Assembly: GCA_016184345.1 (NCBI GenBank)
Contig: JACPCV010000004.1
Coordinates: 54,453 to 118,452, forward strand
From: Candidatus Woesearchaeota archaeon
GTDB lineage: Archaea > Nanobdellota > Nanobdellia > Woesearchaeales > UBA10216
Length of the DNA stretch: 64,000 nucleotides
Direction: 5' to 3'
A program made the position numbers and the translations under genes. Of the stretch, positions 28,261 through 38,097 are shown one piece after another. The notes beneath the pieces are model-generated. The model was given only the letters and a program-made list of their open reading frames with translations, was not told where the DNA came from and searched no databases. The number at the start of each line of letters is the position of its first letter. The stretch's first letter is position 1.

Positions 28261-28369
28261 AATACGCTAAGTTTACTCTGGGCTATTTAAACTTTACTAT
28301 TTTTACCATTATAAAGTAACTACTTTCCATACATAAACTAATTAAAACCAGCAGCTGATTCTTTGCATT

Positions 28370-28996
28370 ATGAAGGCTTTAAAGACGTTATCAATAGGCG
28401 CAGAAGCCGTTATATACGCAGATGAGCGCAGGAAGGCTGTAATTAAGCAGCGGCAGCCAAAGAAATACCGCGTTAAAGAACTGGATGAGAAACTCAGGCT
28501 GCACCGCATGAGAAGGGAGGCAAAGGTGATTGAAGCGCTGCAGAAGCTCGGAATACCTGTCCCTAAGCTGGTTGATGCTGATGAGAAAACAGCAACGATA
28601 ACGATGCAACTCATTGAAGGCAGGAAGGTAAGGGACGTCCTAGGCAAAGGCAATTACCGTGACATTTGCAGCAAGATAGGGAAAGCGATTGGAACAATGC
28701 ACTCCAGCGACATTGTCCACGGCGACTTGACTACGTCAAACATGATTCGCAGCAGCCACGACGGAAAAACATACTTTGTAGACTTCGGGCTGAGCCTTTT
28801 TTCAAACAAGGATGAGGACAAGGCAGTTGACCTGCATCTCTTCAGGCAGGCACTCAGCAGCAGCCATCATGAAATTGCGAATAAGTGCTTTACAGCTGCT
28901 GTGACAGCCTACAAGGGAACAAACAAAAACTGGCAGCCTGTGCTAAGACGTCTGGAAAAGGTTGAAGAACGAGGAAGGAACAAAGGGAAAGGATAG
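28370..28996 (+). CDS. bud32: KEOPS complex kinase/ATPase Bud32
   Basis: 208 aa. RIO-like kinase motifs HGDLTTSNM and DFGLS. Confidence 0.8.
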   Translation: MKALKTLSIGAEAVIYADERRKAVIKQRQPKKYRVKELDEKLRLHRMRREAKVIEALQKLGIPVPKLVDADEKTATITMQLIEGRKVRDVLGKGNYRDICSKIGKAIGTMHSSDIVHGDLTTSNMIRSSHDGKTYFVDFGLSLFSNKDEDKAVDLHLFRQALSSSHHEIANKCFTAAVTAYKGTNKNWQPVLRRLEKVEERGRNKGKG

Positions 28997-29060
28997 AAAG
29001 GCTTAAAATCGAAAGGTATATAAGTAAGATATGCTTTACTTATCCTACAGGTGACGCACT

Positions 29061-29324
29061 ATGCAAGTTGAATTAACAAGGATATCTGAAAAAGGACAGG
29101 TCGTTATTCCTTCTTCTCTAAGGAAAGAGATGGGAATAAAGAAATCAGACCAATTTATGATATTTGGAGAAGGCGGGACAGTAATATTGAAGAAGATAGA
29201 AACGCCGGCAATTAAAAGAACATTTGACGAGATTGCCAAGCCATTACAACAGGCGGCAAAGCAGGCAGGATTAACAAGAGCTGACGTAAACAAAGCCATC
29301 AAAGATGTAAGAAATGTTGCTTAA
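29061..29324 (+). CDS. AbrB/MazE/SpoVT-family antitoxin (VapB-like)
   Basis: 87 aa, swapped-hairpin motif (GQVVIPSSLRKEMGIKKSDQFMIFGEGGTVILKK). Confidence 0.7.
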   Translation: MQVELTRISEKGQVVIPSSLRKEMGIKKSDQFMIFGEGGTVILKKIETPAIKRTFDEIAKPLQQAAKQAGLTRADVNKAIKDVRNVA

Positions 29325-29550
29325 ATTAGTTCTTGATACCAACACAATTGTTTCACTTTCCCATTTGGTTATTGCTCCCAAATTGAACATAAAAGTTTGC
29401 AGAGATGAGAAGGATAATAAATTCCTAGAATGCGCAGAGAACGCAAAAGCTGATTATATTATCAGTGGAGACGATGACTTGCTGTCATTGAAGGAACATA
29501 AAGGAATTCCTATTGTGAGAACTTCCAAAATACTGCATTTACTGAAATAA
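29314..29550 (+). CDS. Short PIN_3-like protein, apparently truncated or degenerate toxin
   Basis: 78 aa. N-terminal LVLDTNTIVS and C-terminal CRDEKDNKFLECAENAKADYIISGDDDLL resemble the two ends of PIN_3 nucleases, but the middle ~40 aa are missing. Overlaps the antitoxin gene by 11 nt. Confidence 0.4.
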   Translation: MLLKLVLDTNTIVSLSHLVIAPKLNIKVCRDEKDNKFLECAENAKADYIISGDDDLLSLKEHKGIPIVRTSKILHLLK

Positions 29551-29798
29551 ATTTCTTTTTCCGCAGAAAAAGGCAATATGTCCGAAGGACTGAGCCCTTT
29601 TCCCCTCGTCACTAAGAAAAAATTTGGGCGAATGAAATGAAGCGAACTGAAGAGAACACAGAAGTATGCCTGAACTAAGCGAAGGTTGGATTTTAGTGCA
29701 ACGATGCCGAAGGGAAAAATCCAAAGTTGAGAAAAAGACTGATACAATCAAAGCCGAAGGCTAATAAAAGCATACATAATAAAGGCTGGGACTACCGC

Positions 29799-30311
29799 TT
29801 AAAGTAGAAACATAACCGCCCAGAATATCACACCAACAATTATCCAAACCACTTCTCCAATTGAAAAATCTGTCTTTTCTGGTGATTTTTGGGTTTTATC
29901 CCAATACCCATTAAAATATTTTTGAATTGCAATTAATGGAAGAAGAGCTAAAACAGTAAATACCAAACTAAAATACCAATATTGATCCGGAAGTTTCCAT
30001 GAAAGTCTATTGTCAATCAGGGTTAAACCAATATACACTGCAGTTAAATCACCTGCAGAAAATTTTGTATTTACTTTCTTCTGGTTTGCTAGTTTGATAA
30101 TTGTTCTAAACTGGTCATAAATCAACCAAATACCATATAAAGGCACAATCAAACCCAGAGTTCTCCATTTTGGGTGAATATCTTTTTTAGCTGTTTCCTT
30201 AATATATTTCCAATTTCTATAAAGCCAATAGATTTCATAAATTCCTAGAGTAACGATACTAAGTATAATCAACTTCTTAATTGGAAACTTATTTGAATAT
30301 TTTTCCTTCAT
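29799..30311 (-). CDS. Membrane protein (4-5 TM), hypothetical, in AT-rich DNA
   Basis: 170 aa, Trp/Tyr-rich TM segments. Confidence 0.35.
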   Translation of the reverse strand: MKEKYSNKFPIKKLIILSIVTLGIYEIYWLYRNWKYIKETAKKDIHPKWRTLGLIVPLYGIWLIYDQFRTIIKLANQKKVNTKFSAGDLTAVYIGLTLIDNRLSWKLPDQYWYFSLVFTVLALLPLIAIQKYFNGYWDKTQKSPEKTDFSIGEVVWIIVGVIFWAVMFLL

Positions 30312-30392
30312 ATTAATATTAACAAATTTGGCTATTATTTAAAACTATCTAAAGCTGGTCCAGCCTCTTAAAGTTTAAGGTCTTTTTCTGAA

Positions 30393-30833
30393 TTGCATTT
30401 AATCGGTGTTATACTCCCAGCAGCCGAATTTATGAAGAAGTCAATAAATGAGGCAAGGGTTGAACACTACAGCAGCAGCGAGGAGCGGAGAAAATCTAAG
30501 AGGCAGAATTTTATTAAAATACAGAGAACTTTGACAGATAGAATAATATTTAAAGACCAAAGCGTTTTTCTTTTTAGTATGCGAAGTATTCAATGGTTCC
30601 TCATTGGTATTTTTTTAATAGTTATGGGTATCTGGTTTATTAAAATAGATATGACATGGGCTCTTGGTTGCAATATTTTAGATGACTCTTCTACGTTAAA
30701 TAAAGCTGATATAGTTGCATGTGTAAATGGTGAGATTTTAGACCCGTTTATATGGCTGTTATTTCCTTTAGGAGTAGTTTTTAATATCTGTGGGTGGATA
30801 GAAGCTATAGCAGAAAAAAGAGAAAAAAGATAA
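30393..30833 (+). CDS. Membrane protein, hypothetical, in AT-rich DNA
   Basis: 146 aa with two clear TM helices. Confidence 0.3.
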   Translation: MHLIGVILPAAEFMKKSINEARVEHYSSSEERRKSKRQNFIKIQRTLTDRIIFKDQSVFLFSMRSIQWFLIGIFLIVMGIWFIKIDMTWALGCNILDDSSTLNKADIVACVNGEILDPFIWLLFPLGVVFNICGWIEAIAEKREKR

Positions 30834-31030
30834 TGTCTGAATTAGCTCTTCGTTGCAAGACTTGTAAAAAAATATTCTTTAAATTTGATATTCCATTTAG
30901 TTTATCCAAACTTTACTCTAAGAAAAAAGAAAGAAGGGTTCATTTAGGCCATCGTGTAGATGTTATTGAAGTAAAATAAAATCCGCCCCCTTTTTCGTTT
31001 ACAGGCACATTGAAAGCATTAAAGTTTTCT

Positions 31031-31306
31031 TTACTCTTTCGAAGCCGAAGAAGCTAAAGAAGCCGAAGGCCTCTTCACAGCTATCGGTATGACGCCCTTC
31101 TCAAACTCAAGCTTTGCTATTTCAACAGGGCTGTACCTGAGCTTCTTAAGGCCTTCCTCATCAAGCTTGATAAGAAAAGGCGCGCCCATTGAAATCTGCA
31201 ATGCGCGAGCGCCAATCATCCTTGCAGTCTCGTACTTGTTGTACTTCTGGGCGAGTTCGCCAGCCGCACCGGAATCCTTGGAAGCCTTTCCTGCCATTTT
31301 AACCAC
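31031..31306 (-). CDS. rpoK: DNA-directed RNA polymerase subunit K (Rpo6/omega)
   Basis: 91 aa, YETARMIGARALQISMGAP signature. Confidence 0.8.
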   Translation of the reverse strand: MVKMAGKASKDSGAAGELAQKYNKYETARMIGARALQISMGAPFLIKLDEEGLKKLRYSPVEIAKLEFEKGVIPIAVKRPSASLASSASKE

Positions 31307-31330
31307 CGTTTTAACAATCGATATTTAAGC

Positions 31331-32167
31331 TTACCGTTTGAGCCGAGCCATCAGCTCAGCTGCCTTCACGGTTGCCAGCTCAATCATCCTGCCGATATCA
31401 TCAATTGCTACTGGGGCATCACCGCCTTTCTGCATGGCACATATCTTGCCATCCTGCGCCAGGGCAACAGTGAGCCTGGAGTCAACAACCTTCTCCTCCT
31501 CAATTGAGGGGTCAACAAACAAGTAATCGCCAATCTTCATCACAGTAATGGACAAGGGCAGCCTCGCTATTGGAAGCTTCTTGTCAGTCAGCTTCTTGTA
31601 ATTTACAACCTTCCCGTCGTATTCCGGGAACCTTGCATCCTGCACAGCCGCAACAGCAGCAAGGGCAGCAGCGTCAAGCAGGTTGCCGTCAGAGTTTATC
31701 GTGCAGATGTCAATGGCAATCATCCAGACCTTCTCACCTTCAATAAGGCAGAGCTTCTTCGTGTCAATTGCCTTGGACTCCCTAAGGCCGCGGTCAACAA
31801 CCCTGGCAACCTCAATGGACTCCTCATTTGGAGGGCCGGCCTCGTAATCAGGGCTTGACAATGGCAGAAGCTCAGCGCCAACCATCAGGTTGCCGTCCTT
31901 TGGAGTGTCAGGGTAGGGCTTCTCAACAGACAGCTTCACGCCCGCTATGACCTCTGTATCGCCAATCTTAACCCTGGCTGAGCCCTCGGCATTCTTTGTC
32001 ACACCGTACTCAACAACAACAGGCCTGAACTCATCCAGGCTTCTGCCGTCATAGCGCTTGCCCTTCTCAAACCATTTCACAATGTGCAACTTCAAAAACT
32101 CATTCATTTCAAAACCACCATCACTTGTTATTGCCGTCAGTGCTGTTAACCTCAACAGAGGAGGCAA
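31331..32167 (-). CDS. rrp42: Exosome complex component Rrp42
   Basis: RNase PH-like inactive subunit. The likely start is the internal Met at ~32107, which overlaps the rrp41 stop. Confidence 0.8.
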   Translation of the reverse strand: MPPLLRLTALTAITSDGGFEMNEFLKLHIVKWFEKGKRYDGRSLDEFRPVVVEYGVTKNAEGSARVKIGDTEVIAGVKLSVEKPYPDTPKDGNLMVGAELLPLSSPDYEAGPPNEESIEVARVVDRGLRESKAIDTKKLCLIEGEKVWMIAIDICTINSDGNLLDAAALAAVAAVQDARFPEYDGKVVNYKKLTDKKLPIARLPLSITVMKIGDYLFVDPSIEEEKVVDSRLTVALAQDGKICAMQKGGDAPVAIDDIGRMIELATVKAAELMARLKR

Positions 32168-32858
32168 ACCTCTCCTTCAAGGCCTTCTTCTGGATTTCAT
32201 AAATCCGGGCACAGGCCTTCCTTCCCATCTCAAGGGCCCTCTTGAGGCTTTCCTTGTCAATTAGGCCGTCCATCTGAAGCAGGGAAACATGCCCTGTCCT
32301 TGGGATAAAGGCAACAGGAATATCAGCAACATCGCCTTCCTCATACGACTCTTCAGCATAATTCAGGTCAACGGCAATCATGCTGCCAACCTTCCCGACA
32401 GAAACTGATGAGACCATGTCCTTCATTGACAGGCCGGCATCAGCCAGGGCAATTGAAGCTGCGCAAATTCCCGCACACCTAGTTCCGGCATCTGTCTGGG
32501 GAAGCTCAATAAAAACGTCAACAACCGCATTTGGAAAGTCCTCAAGGTTAAGGACAGGCAGCAGCGCCTTCTCGGTAACCATGGAGATTTCCTTTGACCT
32601 CCTTGAGCCGCCCGGCTTGACGCGGTCGCCAGCCCCTGAGAAAGGCATCATGTTATACCTCACCCTCAATGTCCCGCGCTGCGGGTTCTGGAGGAACCTC
32701 GGGAACATGTCCCTCGGGCCGTACACTGCCGCGTAAGCAACAGTATTCCCTATCTGGAACATTGCAGAGCCGTCAGCCCTCTTGATGACGCCAGCCTTTG
32801 CAACAATAGGCCTGAGCTCATCCGGCTTCCGGCCATCAACACGCTTGTCATAACCCAT
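32121..32858 (-). CDS. rrp41: Exosome complex exonuclease Rrp41
   Basis: 245 aa, RNase PH domain (RPDELRPIVAKAGVIKRADGSA, phosphate-binding GSRR region). Confidence 0.9.
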   Translation of the reverse strand: MGYDKRVDGRKPDELRPIVAKAGVIKRADGSAMFQIGNTVAYAAVYGPRDMFPRFLQNPQRGTLRVRYNMMPFSGAGDRVKPGGSRRSKEISMVTEKALLPVLNLEDFPNAVVDVFIELPQTDAGTRCAGICAASIALADAGLSMKDMVSSVSVGKVGSMIAVDLNYAEESYEEGDVADIPVAFIPRTGHVSLLQMDGLIDKESLKRALEMGRKACARIYEIQKKALKERFASSVEVNSTDGNNK

Positions 32859-32864
32859 AAAAAA

Positions 32865-33614
32865 TCACCTTTGCGGCACAATTCCGCCAGAAGCGGAATG
32901 TGCAATCGGGCTTTGCCCGATTTGCAGCTTCCTTGCCTCTTCATCAAGGAACGCCTTAATCCTGTCTGTCAAGCCTGATATGTGACTCTCGCTCTCAATC
33001 TTCCTCAGGGCAGCAACTGCAATGAGCTCCTGCCCAGGCTCGCCCTGCAGCCATACAATGCCGTTCTGGCCGACGATAATCTTGCAGCCAGTGGCGTCCT
33101 TAATCATGCTGACCATGCTGCCCTGCTTGCCAATTATCCTAGGCACCTTGTTCGGGGCAACGGTTATAATCCTGCCCTCAGGCAGCTTCCTCAGGCCGGG
33201 GCCCTTCATGCTAAGGTCAACCAGGTTCTGGGAAGTAACGTTAACGATGCTGGTCACGAGGTAATCGCCAAAGGTAAAATACCTCGTCAGGTCAGCACCC
33301 CTCGCTATGAATTCTGACGTCGCATCCTTCATTGAAAGCATGGCAGTGTAAGCAGAATTGATTTCAACGCGCCAGCCGGAAATAGCCACATCAATGACCT
33401 TGCCGATGATTACATCGCCCCTCTTCGGCAGGTACTTGCCGGCAAGCGGGATAAGCTTGACCAATCTCCCATCAACAGCAAGCAGCCCAAGCCGCGAGGC
33501 AACAAGCTTGTCGCCATCCCGGTAAACGCCCTCTGTAGGCAGAAAATCCATACCTGCAGCGACTTCCTCTCCGGGCACCACAATACTTTTGTCCTGAACC
33601 AACAATTCTCCCAT
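32865..33614 (-). CDS. rrp4: Exosome RNA-binding subunit Rrp4 (N-terminal + S1 + KH domains)
   Basis: 249 aa. S1 domain (GDVIIGKVIDV...) and KH motif IIGKQGSMVSMI. Confidence 0.85.
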   Translation of the reverse strand: MGELLVQDKSIVVPGEEVAAGMDFLPTEGVYRDGDKLVASRLGLLAVDGRLVKLIPLAGKYLPKRGDVIIGKVIDVAISGWRVEINSAYTAMLSMKDATSEFIARGADLTRYFTFGDYLVTSIVNVTSQNLVDLSMKGPGLRKLPEGRIITVAPNKVPRIIGKQGSMVSMIKDATGCKIIVGQNGIVWLQGEPGQELIAVAALRKIESESHISGLTDRIKAFLDEEARKLQIGQSPIAHSASGGIVPQR

Positions 33615-33650
33615 TCAATTCACCACTCAATTATTTTAACCATTGCCTGT

Positions 33651-34373
33651 TTATCTTACACCTATGACCCTGCTCTCAACAGCCCCTTTCGTGAGCCTGT
33701 TCAGCTCTGAATAAAGGTCCTGCTGCATTCCAGCAGGGACTTCAACCACAGCCACCAGGCTGCCATCGTCCTGCCATGAATCCTTCTGCAGGGTGCCAAA
33801 GCCCTTCAGCAAAGGATACGCCTTTGCTGCGAACTGCGCCGGAATATGAAACTCAACCTGCCGAACCTCAAACTTTATCGGCAGCACAGGCATCAGCTGC
33901 TTCACGATGCCGTGAATCTGCTCCTCAGCCGCCTGATGCTCGTCAATCCTGACCTTGGCTTCCTCAATGGCCGCCTCAATCCTGTTAGGAGGGTGAGGGT
34001 AGCCTGTCTTTGGGTCAACAGCTGTCCTATGGATGATTTCAATGACTGCCTTCCTTTTGTCCTCGCGAAGCCGGTCCCTGTACTCGGCTGTAAGCTGAAT
34101 CTCACCCTTCTGGATTATCTGCCTCGCGACCTCAAAATGGTCGCCTGTCTTGAACACGCTCTTCATGACGTGCTCGGAAGCTTCAAGCCCTTTCCTGGCA
34201 TCAGCGAATACCCTATCGTAAAGCAGGACATCCCTGATGTCACCCTGGCCCTGCCTGAACGCGATGGCCTTGTCTGGGTCAACTATGACCTCAAAGCCCT
34301 CCCCGCCTGCCCTGAGCCGGGCAAGGTTATAATGGGGCTTCTCCTTCCCGAAATGCTCGGTTGACCATGCCAT
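33651..34373 (-). CDS. sdo1: Ribosome maturation factor SDO1/SBDS
   Basis: 240 aa. Conserved position between psmA and rrp4 in the archaeal exosome superoperon. SBDS N-domain (ARLRAGGEGFEVIVDPDKA). Confidence 0.8.
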   Translation of the reverse strand: MAWSTEHFGKEKPHYNLARLRAGGEGFEVIVDPDKAIAFRQGQGDIRDVLLYDRVFADARKGLEASEHVMKSVFKTGDHFEVARQIIQKGEIQLTAEYRDRLREDKRKAVIEIIHRTAVDPKTGYPHPPNRIEAAIEEAKVRIDEHQAAEEQIHGIVKQLMPVLPIKFEVRQVEFHIPAQFAAKAYPLLKGFGTLQKDSWQDDGSLVAVVEVPAGMQQDLYSELNRLTKGAVESRVIGVR

Positions 34374-34378
34374 GGTTA

Positions 34379-35134
34379 TTACTGGTCTTTCTTCTTCGGG
34401 GCTGACTTCCTAATCTCCTCCATATACTTCTCAATCTCAGCCCTCTTGAGCTTTGTGAACCTCTTATTAGCAAGTGTTATGTAAGCGCCTGCAATCCTAT
34501 CATAGTTGAAGTCCTTCTCAATGACCTTGTAAAGCGCCCTGAGGCCGAGCTTAATGGCATCGTCAAGGCTGAGGTCTTCCCTGTACTCCTTCTTGAGCAC
34601 TTCCTCAATCTCAGGCTCGCCCTCGCCTATGACTGTCGCCCTATACTGGAAGTAGATGCCAGTAGGGTCTGTCTCAAAAAGCTTGGCGCCTGTGTCGTCA
34701 ATGCCTGCTATCAGGAGAGAGACTCCAAAAGGCCTCAGGCCTCCGGACTGGGTGCAGAACTGCTTAAGGTTTGAAACGTCCTTGACAACAGACAACACAT
34801 CAATGGCCGAATCATAAGTAACGCGGTGCTGCTGCGCCCTGAGCTGGGCACGCTCAATCAAAACCCTAGCATCAGACAAAATCCCGGAAGCTGTAGCAGC
34901 AATGTGGTCATCAACCTGCCAAATCTTCTCAACAGCCTCAGCAACCACAAGGCTGTCAACAATACGCTTGTCGGTAATAAAAACGATGCCCTCCCTGCAG
35001 ACCATCCCAATAGCGGTAGAGCCCTGCCTTACAGTCTTCTTTGCATACTCAACCTGCAAAAGCCTCCCGTCAGGGCTGAACATGGTAATGGCGCGGTCAT
35101 AACCCATAATCTGATGAGGCATTGGCTGCTGCAT
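34379..35134 (-). CDS. psmA: Proteasome subunit alpha
   Basis: 251 aa, YDRAITMFSPDGRLLQVEYA N-terminus. Confidence 0.9.
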   Translation of the reverse strand: MQQPMPHQIMGYDRAITMFSPDGRLLQVEYAKKTVRQGSTAIGMVCREGIVFITDKRIVDSLVVAEAVEKIWQVDDHIAATASGILSDARVLIERAQLRAQQHRVTYDSAIDVLSVVKDVSNLKQFCTQSGGLRPFGVSLLIAGIDDTGAKLFETDPTGIYFQYRATVIGEGEPEIEEVLKKEYREDLSLDDAIKLGLRALYKVIEKDFNYDRIAGAYITLANKRFTKLKRAEIEKYMEEIRKSAPKKKDQ

Positions 35135-35425
35135 TCAAATCACCCCTCAACTCCGAATGAAAATCGGCTGCCCGCCATAGCTGCAGCTGCTATACTTACC
35201 ATAACTGTTTTTGCTGGCATCTTTCCCATCATGTGAATCATTTTTTCCGCTGGCTTAAAGCCAGTAAACGAAGAATCTAGCTCAGGTTCTTCTTATCTCA
35301 CAGCTTTTAGAACAGCACGGCTGTATTTAAAGGTTTCGGAATAGTTTTGGAAAGCGCCGCGATAACGCTGCAGCCGCATACTTGAGCCAGTGATAACAAA
35401 CTTTAAAAATACGCCAAGCGGAGAG

Positions 35426-35878
35426 ATGAGCAAGATGCCACTGAGCGGAATGCTGACATGCGGGAACTGCGGAGCAAGGACGCAGATGAACACCATGAGG
35501 TACAACCTCAGCGGAAGCAAGCTCATATGCCAAAACTGCATTGAAAAGGAAAGGAGCGGCTTAAAGCCTGGAACCACCCACTCAATGTCTGCCAGGCTCA
35601 GGCAGGAGCAGATGGTGCAGAAAACAGCTGCCACGATGCCTTTACACACTGAAGCAGCAGGAGATCAGGGGCAAAATCATACAGGGCCTGCAGAGGCTGG
35701 TGGCGAGGGCATGGCAAGGTATGTCTGCCGGAGCTGCCACTTCAAGTTCTCAAGGAAAAGGGACGTAGAGATAGGCACGTGCCCGTACTGCGGAAGGGAA
35801 GCGGTATCGCCAGCATACGAAGGCAAGGCGCAGGACCTCATTGAAGAATCAGCAGGGATGGAAGACAGGATGTTCTAA
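35426..35878 (+). CDS. Double zinc-ribbon protein, hypothetical
   Basis: CGNCGA...CQNC and CRSCHF...CPYCG. The ORF-track start at 35390 is GTG; the ATG at 35426 (MSKMPLSG) is preferred, with TTTAAAAA ~20 nt upstream. Confidence 0.45.
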   Translation: MSKMPLSGMLTCGNCGARTQMNTMRYNLSGSKLICQNCIEKERSGLKPGTTHSMSARLRQEQMVQKTAATMPLHTEAAGDQGQNHTGPAEAGGEGMARYVCRSCHFKFSRKRDVEIGTCPYCGREAVSPAYEGKAQDLIEESAGMEDRMF

Positions 35879-35958
35879 CGATTCCTTTAGGAATATTTCT
35901 CTCATTTTTTATTATAAAAATCAAAACTATTTTAAATTACAGCTGCTAATGCAGGTGC

Positions 35959-36525
35959 ATGTGGCAAACAAGCAGCCTTAACCCCGAGCTTCAGGAGATA
36001 AAACAGCTCAGGAAGAAGCACAGCCTCACGCAAGCGCAGCTGGCGAAGCTGGCGGGGGTCTCCCAAAGCCTGGTTGCAAAGATAGAAGCTGGCACGATTG
36101 ACCCGACATTCAGCCATGTGAAAAGAATACTGGAAGTCCTGCACAGCATGGAAACGGAAAAAGAGCCGAAAGCAGGGCAGCTGATAACGCACAGGATAAT
36201 TGTCGTAGGGAAAAGCGAGCCCCTGTCCAAAGCGATAAGGGAAATGAAGAATTACGGCATATCACAGCTGCCTGTCACTGATGGCAGAGGAATTGTCGGG
36301 CTTGTTTCAGAAACAGCTATAATTGAAAAGATGGCAGAGGGCAGAGAGCTGTCAAAACTCGGCGTGAAAGACGTCATGGAAGAAGCCCCACCTGTCGTTG
36401 CAATGGCAACGCCAATGGCAGCGGTCACTGAGCTGCTAAGGCACTCTTCCCTGATTATTGTCGCTGAGAACGGAAAGCCGAAGGGCGTGATAACCAAGGC
36501 GGATATGCTGAAGAGGATAGGATAA
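35959..36525 (+). CDS. HTH (XRE-type) plus tandem CBS-domain regulator
   Basis: 188 aa. LTQAQLAKLAGVSQSLVAKIE helix-turn-helix, then two CBS modules. The 3' end contains one copy of the 44-bp repeat. Confidence 0.7.
   Translation: MWQTSSLNPELQEIKQLRKKHSLTQAQLAKLAGVSQSLVAKIEAGTIDPTFSHVKRILEVLHSMETEKEPKAGQLITHRIIVVGKSEPLSKAIREMKNYGISQLPVTDGRGIVGLVSETAIIEKMAEGRELSKLGVKDVMEEAPPVVAMATPMAAVTELLRHSSLIIVAENGKPKGVITKADMLKRIG
36475..36518. repeat. 44-bp direct repeat, left copy, inside the 3' end of the CBS gene
   Basis: aagccgaagggcgtgataaccaaggcggatatgctgaagaggat, identical to 37468-37511. Confidence 0.85.
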
Positions 36526-36567
36526 ATAAGCTCTGTTAAAAGTCTTTGGCGACTGCAAGTTGCGCCG

Positions 36568-37401
36568 TTAGCCCTGCTGCGGCGAATATTTGTCTAGAAT
36601 GTCCTGCCTGCCAGTACACTTGGCAGCCAGAAGCATAAAATTAAGTATCTCAGAGGTCATTTTTTTAGGTATTTCTTCAGGTAGACCTTCTAATTTGCTG
36701 TGAAGGTCAACACCTGCCAATTTCGCAATGTTATAAACTGAAGCTGCAGCTGTGTAGAACCGCAAAGCATTTTCGCAAGTGGTAAAGTACTTATTTATAG
36801 TTTCTTTTCCTACGGTATCGGCCAAGTATTCCTCCAACCGTCTGTCTGAGGCCTCAAACAGTCTGAAGCCAAACATTGAGAGTTGAACTTTCTCTAATTC
36901 TAGAAACTCGCTTTTAACCTGTTCCATCCGGGGCGGGCTAGCGTAGCGATAGAGGTCTGCAAGATGAAGAGAGGCGTCTGCCCAAACATAAAAAAACATA
37001 TACTTTCCCTCACGCCTTTTACCGAATATAATGCCCGGCTGCAGTTTTGCTAACTGCATTTCTAAACTACCAGTTTGCTCTAAAAATTTGTAAACGTTCT
37101 CAAAAGTCACAGCAGTTTGCTCGAAGCGCCGAACCGCCGCTTTCCATTTTCCAAGAGGTATTAGAGGTGGCTCATCGAAGGGTGAGTCTGGATTTATCCA
37201 AACATAAGGATCAAGATCAAACCCATCCAGAATTCTGCGAGCTTCAGCATATTTTCGGATTGCAATTGTTAACTCGGAAAATGTTTGAGGCATCAAAAAA
37301 TCGTGTTCAGCCAGCACTTCTTCTAGAAAGGAAACTGCGATTCCTGAGTAAACTCGCGGCGCTCCTTCAGTCCCATGCTCTTTTGGCAAGTTATCAACCA
37401 T
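36568..37401 (-). CDS. Hypothetical 277-aa protein, the sole cargo between the 44-bp direct repeats
   Basis: Long ORF with no recognisable motif. Opposite strand to flanking genes. Confidence 0.5.
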   Translation of the reverse strand: MVDNLPKEHGTEGAPRVYSGIAVSFLEEVLAEHDFLMPQTFSELTIAIRKYAEARRILDGFDLDPYVWINPDSPFDEPPLIPLGKWKAAVRRFEQTAVTFENVYKFLEQTGSLEMQLAKLQPGIIFGKRREGKYMFFYVWADASLHLADLYRYASPPRMEQVKSEFLELEKVQLSMFGFRLFEASDRRLEEYLADTVGKETINKYFTTCENALRFYTAAASVYNIAKLAGVDLHSKLEGLPEEIPKKMTSEILNFMLLAAKCTGRQDILDKYSPQQG

Positions 37402-37467
37402 TTGAGCAAGTGATTTGAAACTAATATATTAAGATTATGGCTGGAGGACAATCTCAAGTTATGTGGG

Positions 37468-37511
37468 AAGCCGAAGGGCGTGATAACCAAGGCGGATATG
37501 CTGAAGAGGAT
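37468..37511. repeat. 44-bp direct repeat, right copy
   Basis: Perfect copy of 36475-36518. Re-encodes ...KPKGVITKADMLKRI in frame, followed by a stop. Confidence 0.85.
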
Positions 37512-37574
37512 TAGCTGAAGTAAAAACGCTTATAAACAGTAACCACAATTTAGCTGCCAGCGAGGTGCGCTAAA

Positions 37575-38078
37575 ATGGTAAATCGGTTCATTAGCGGGCT
37601 GAGATCCTTAGTAGGAATCAGCGAGAAAGAGGACGTCATTGAACTTAGGGAGCTTGTGAAGGCTCATAAGCTGCTTGAAAAACCCGGAGGCATAAAAGAG
37701 GAACAAAAATTCTACGAAGAGCTGCCTAACAGGATTGAACAAGCCCGCCAATTGTTGTCTGATGCAATGAAGCATGATGAGAAGCTTAAAAGAGCTTCAG
37801 AACAGCTCATGATAAATATAGGCACGTTGCCACTAGCCATGAAAAGGGAAATCGGAGATAGAGAACGGCAAGCCATACTGATAGCGGGAAATATAAAGCA
37901 ACATCTGGATGTGGTAGTTGAAAGCTTGGATGAGTTGAAGCGAACGCTTTACACGTTCAACCTTCAACAGATAGAAGATCATTTGTATAGGATTATTGAG
38001 GCAGTCAGATGGCTGTTCCGGTCAGAGGCAAAAGCGGCACAGATGCTGAAAAGCCTTGAAGATTTGTCAAGGCACTAA
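37575..38078 (+). CDS. Hypothetical alpha-helical/coiled-coil protein
   Basis: 167 aa. GAGGTG RBS ~10 nt upstream. Confidence 0.4.
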   Translation: MVNRFISGLRSLVGISEKEDVIELRELVKAHKLLEKPGGIKEEQKFYEELPNRIEQARQLLSDAMKHDEKLKRASEQLMINIGTLPLAMKREIGDRERQAILIAGNIKQHLDVVVESLDELKRTLYTFNLQQIEDHLYRIIEAVRWLFRSEAKAAQMLKSLEDLSRH

Positions 38079-38097
38079 TTCCGACTGCCTGACGGCC

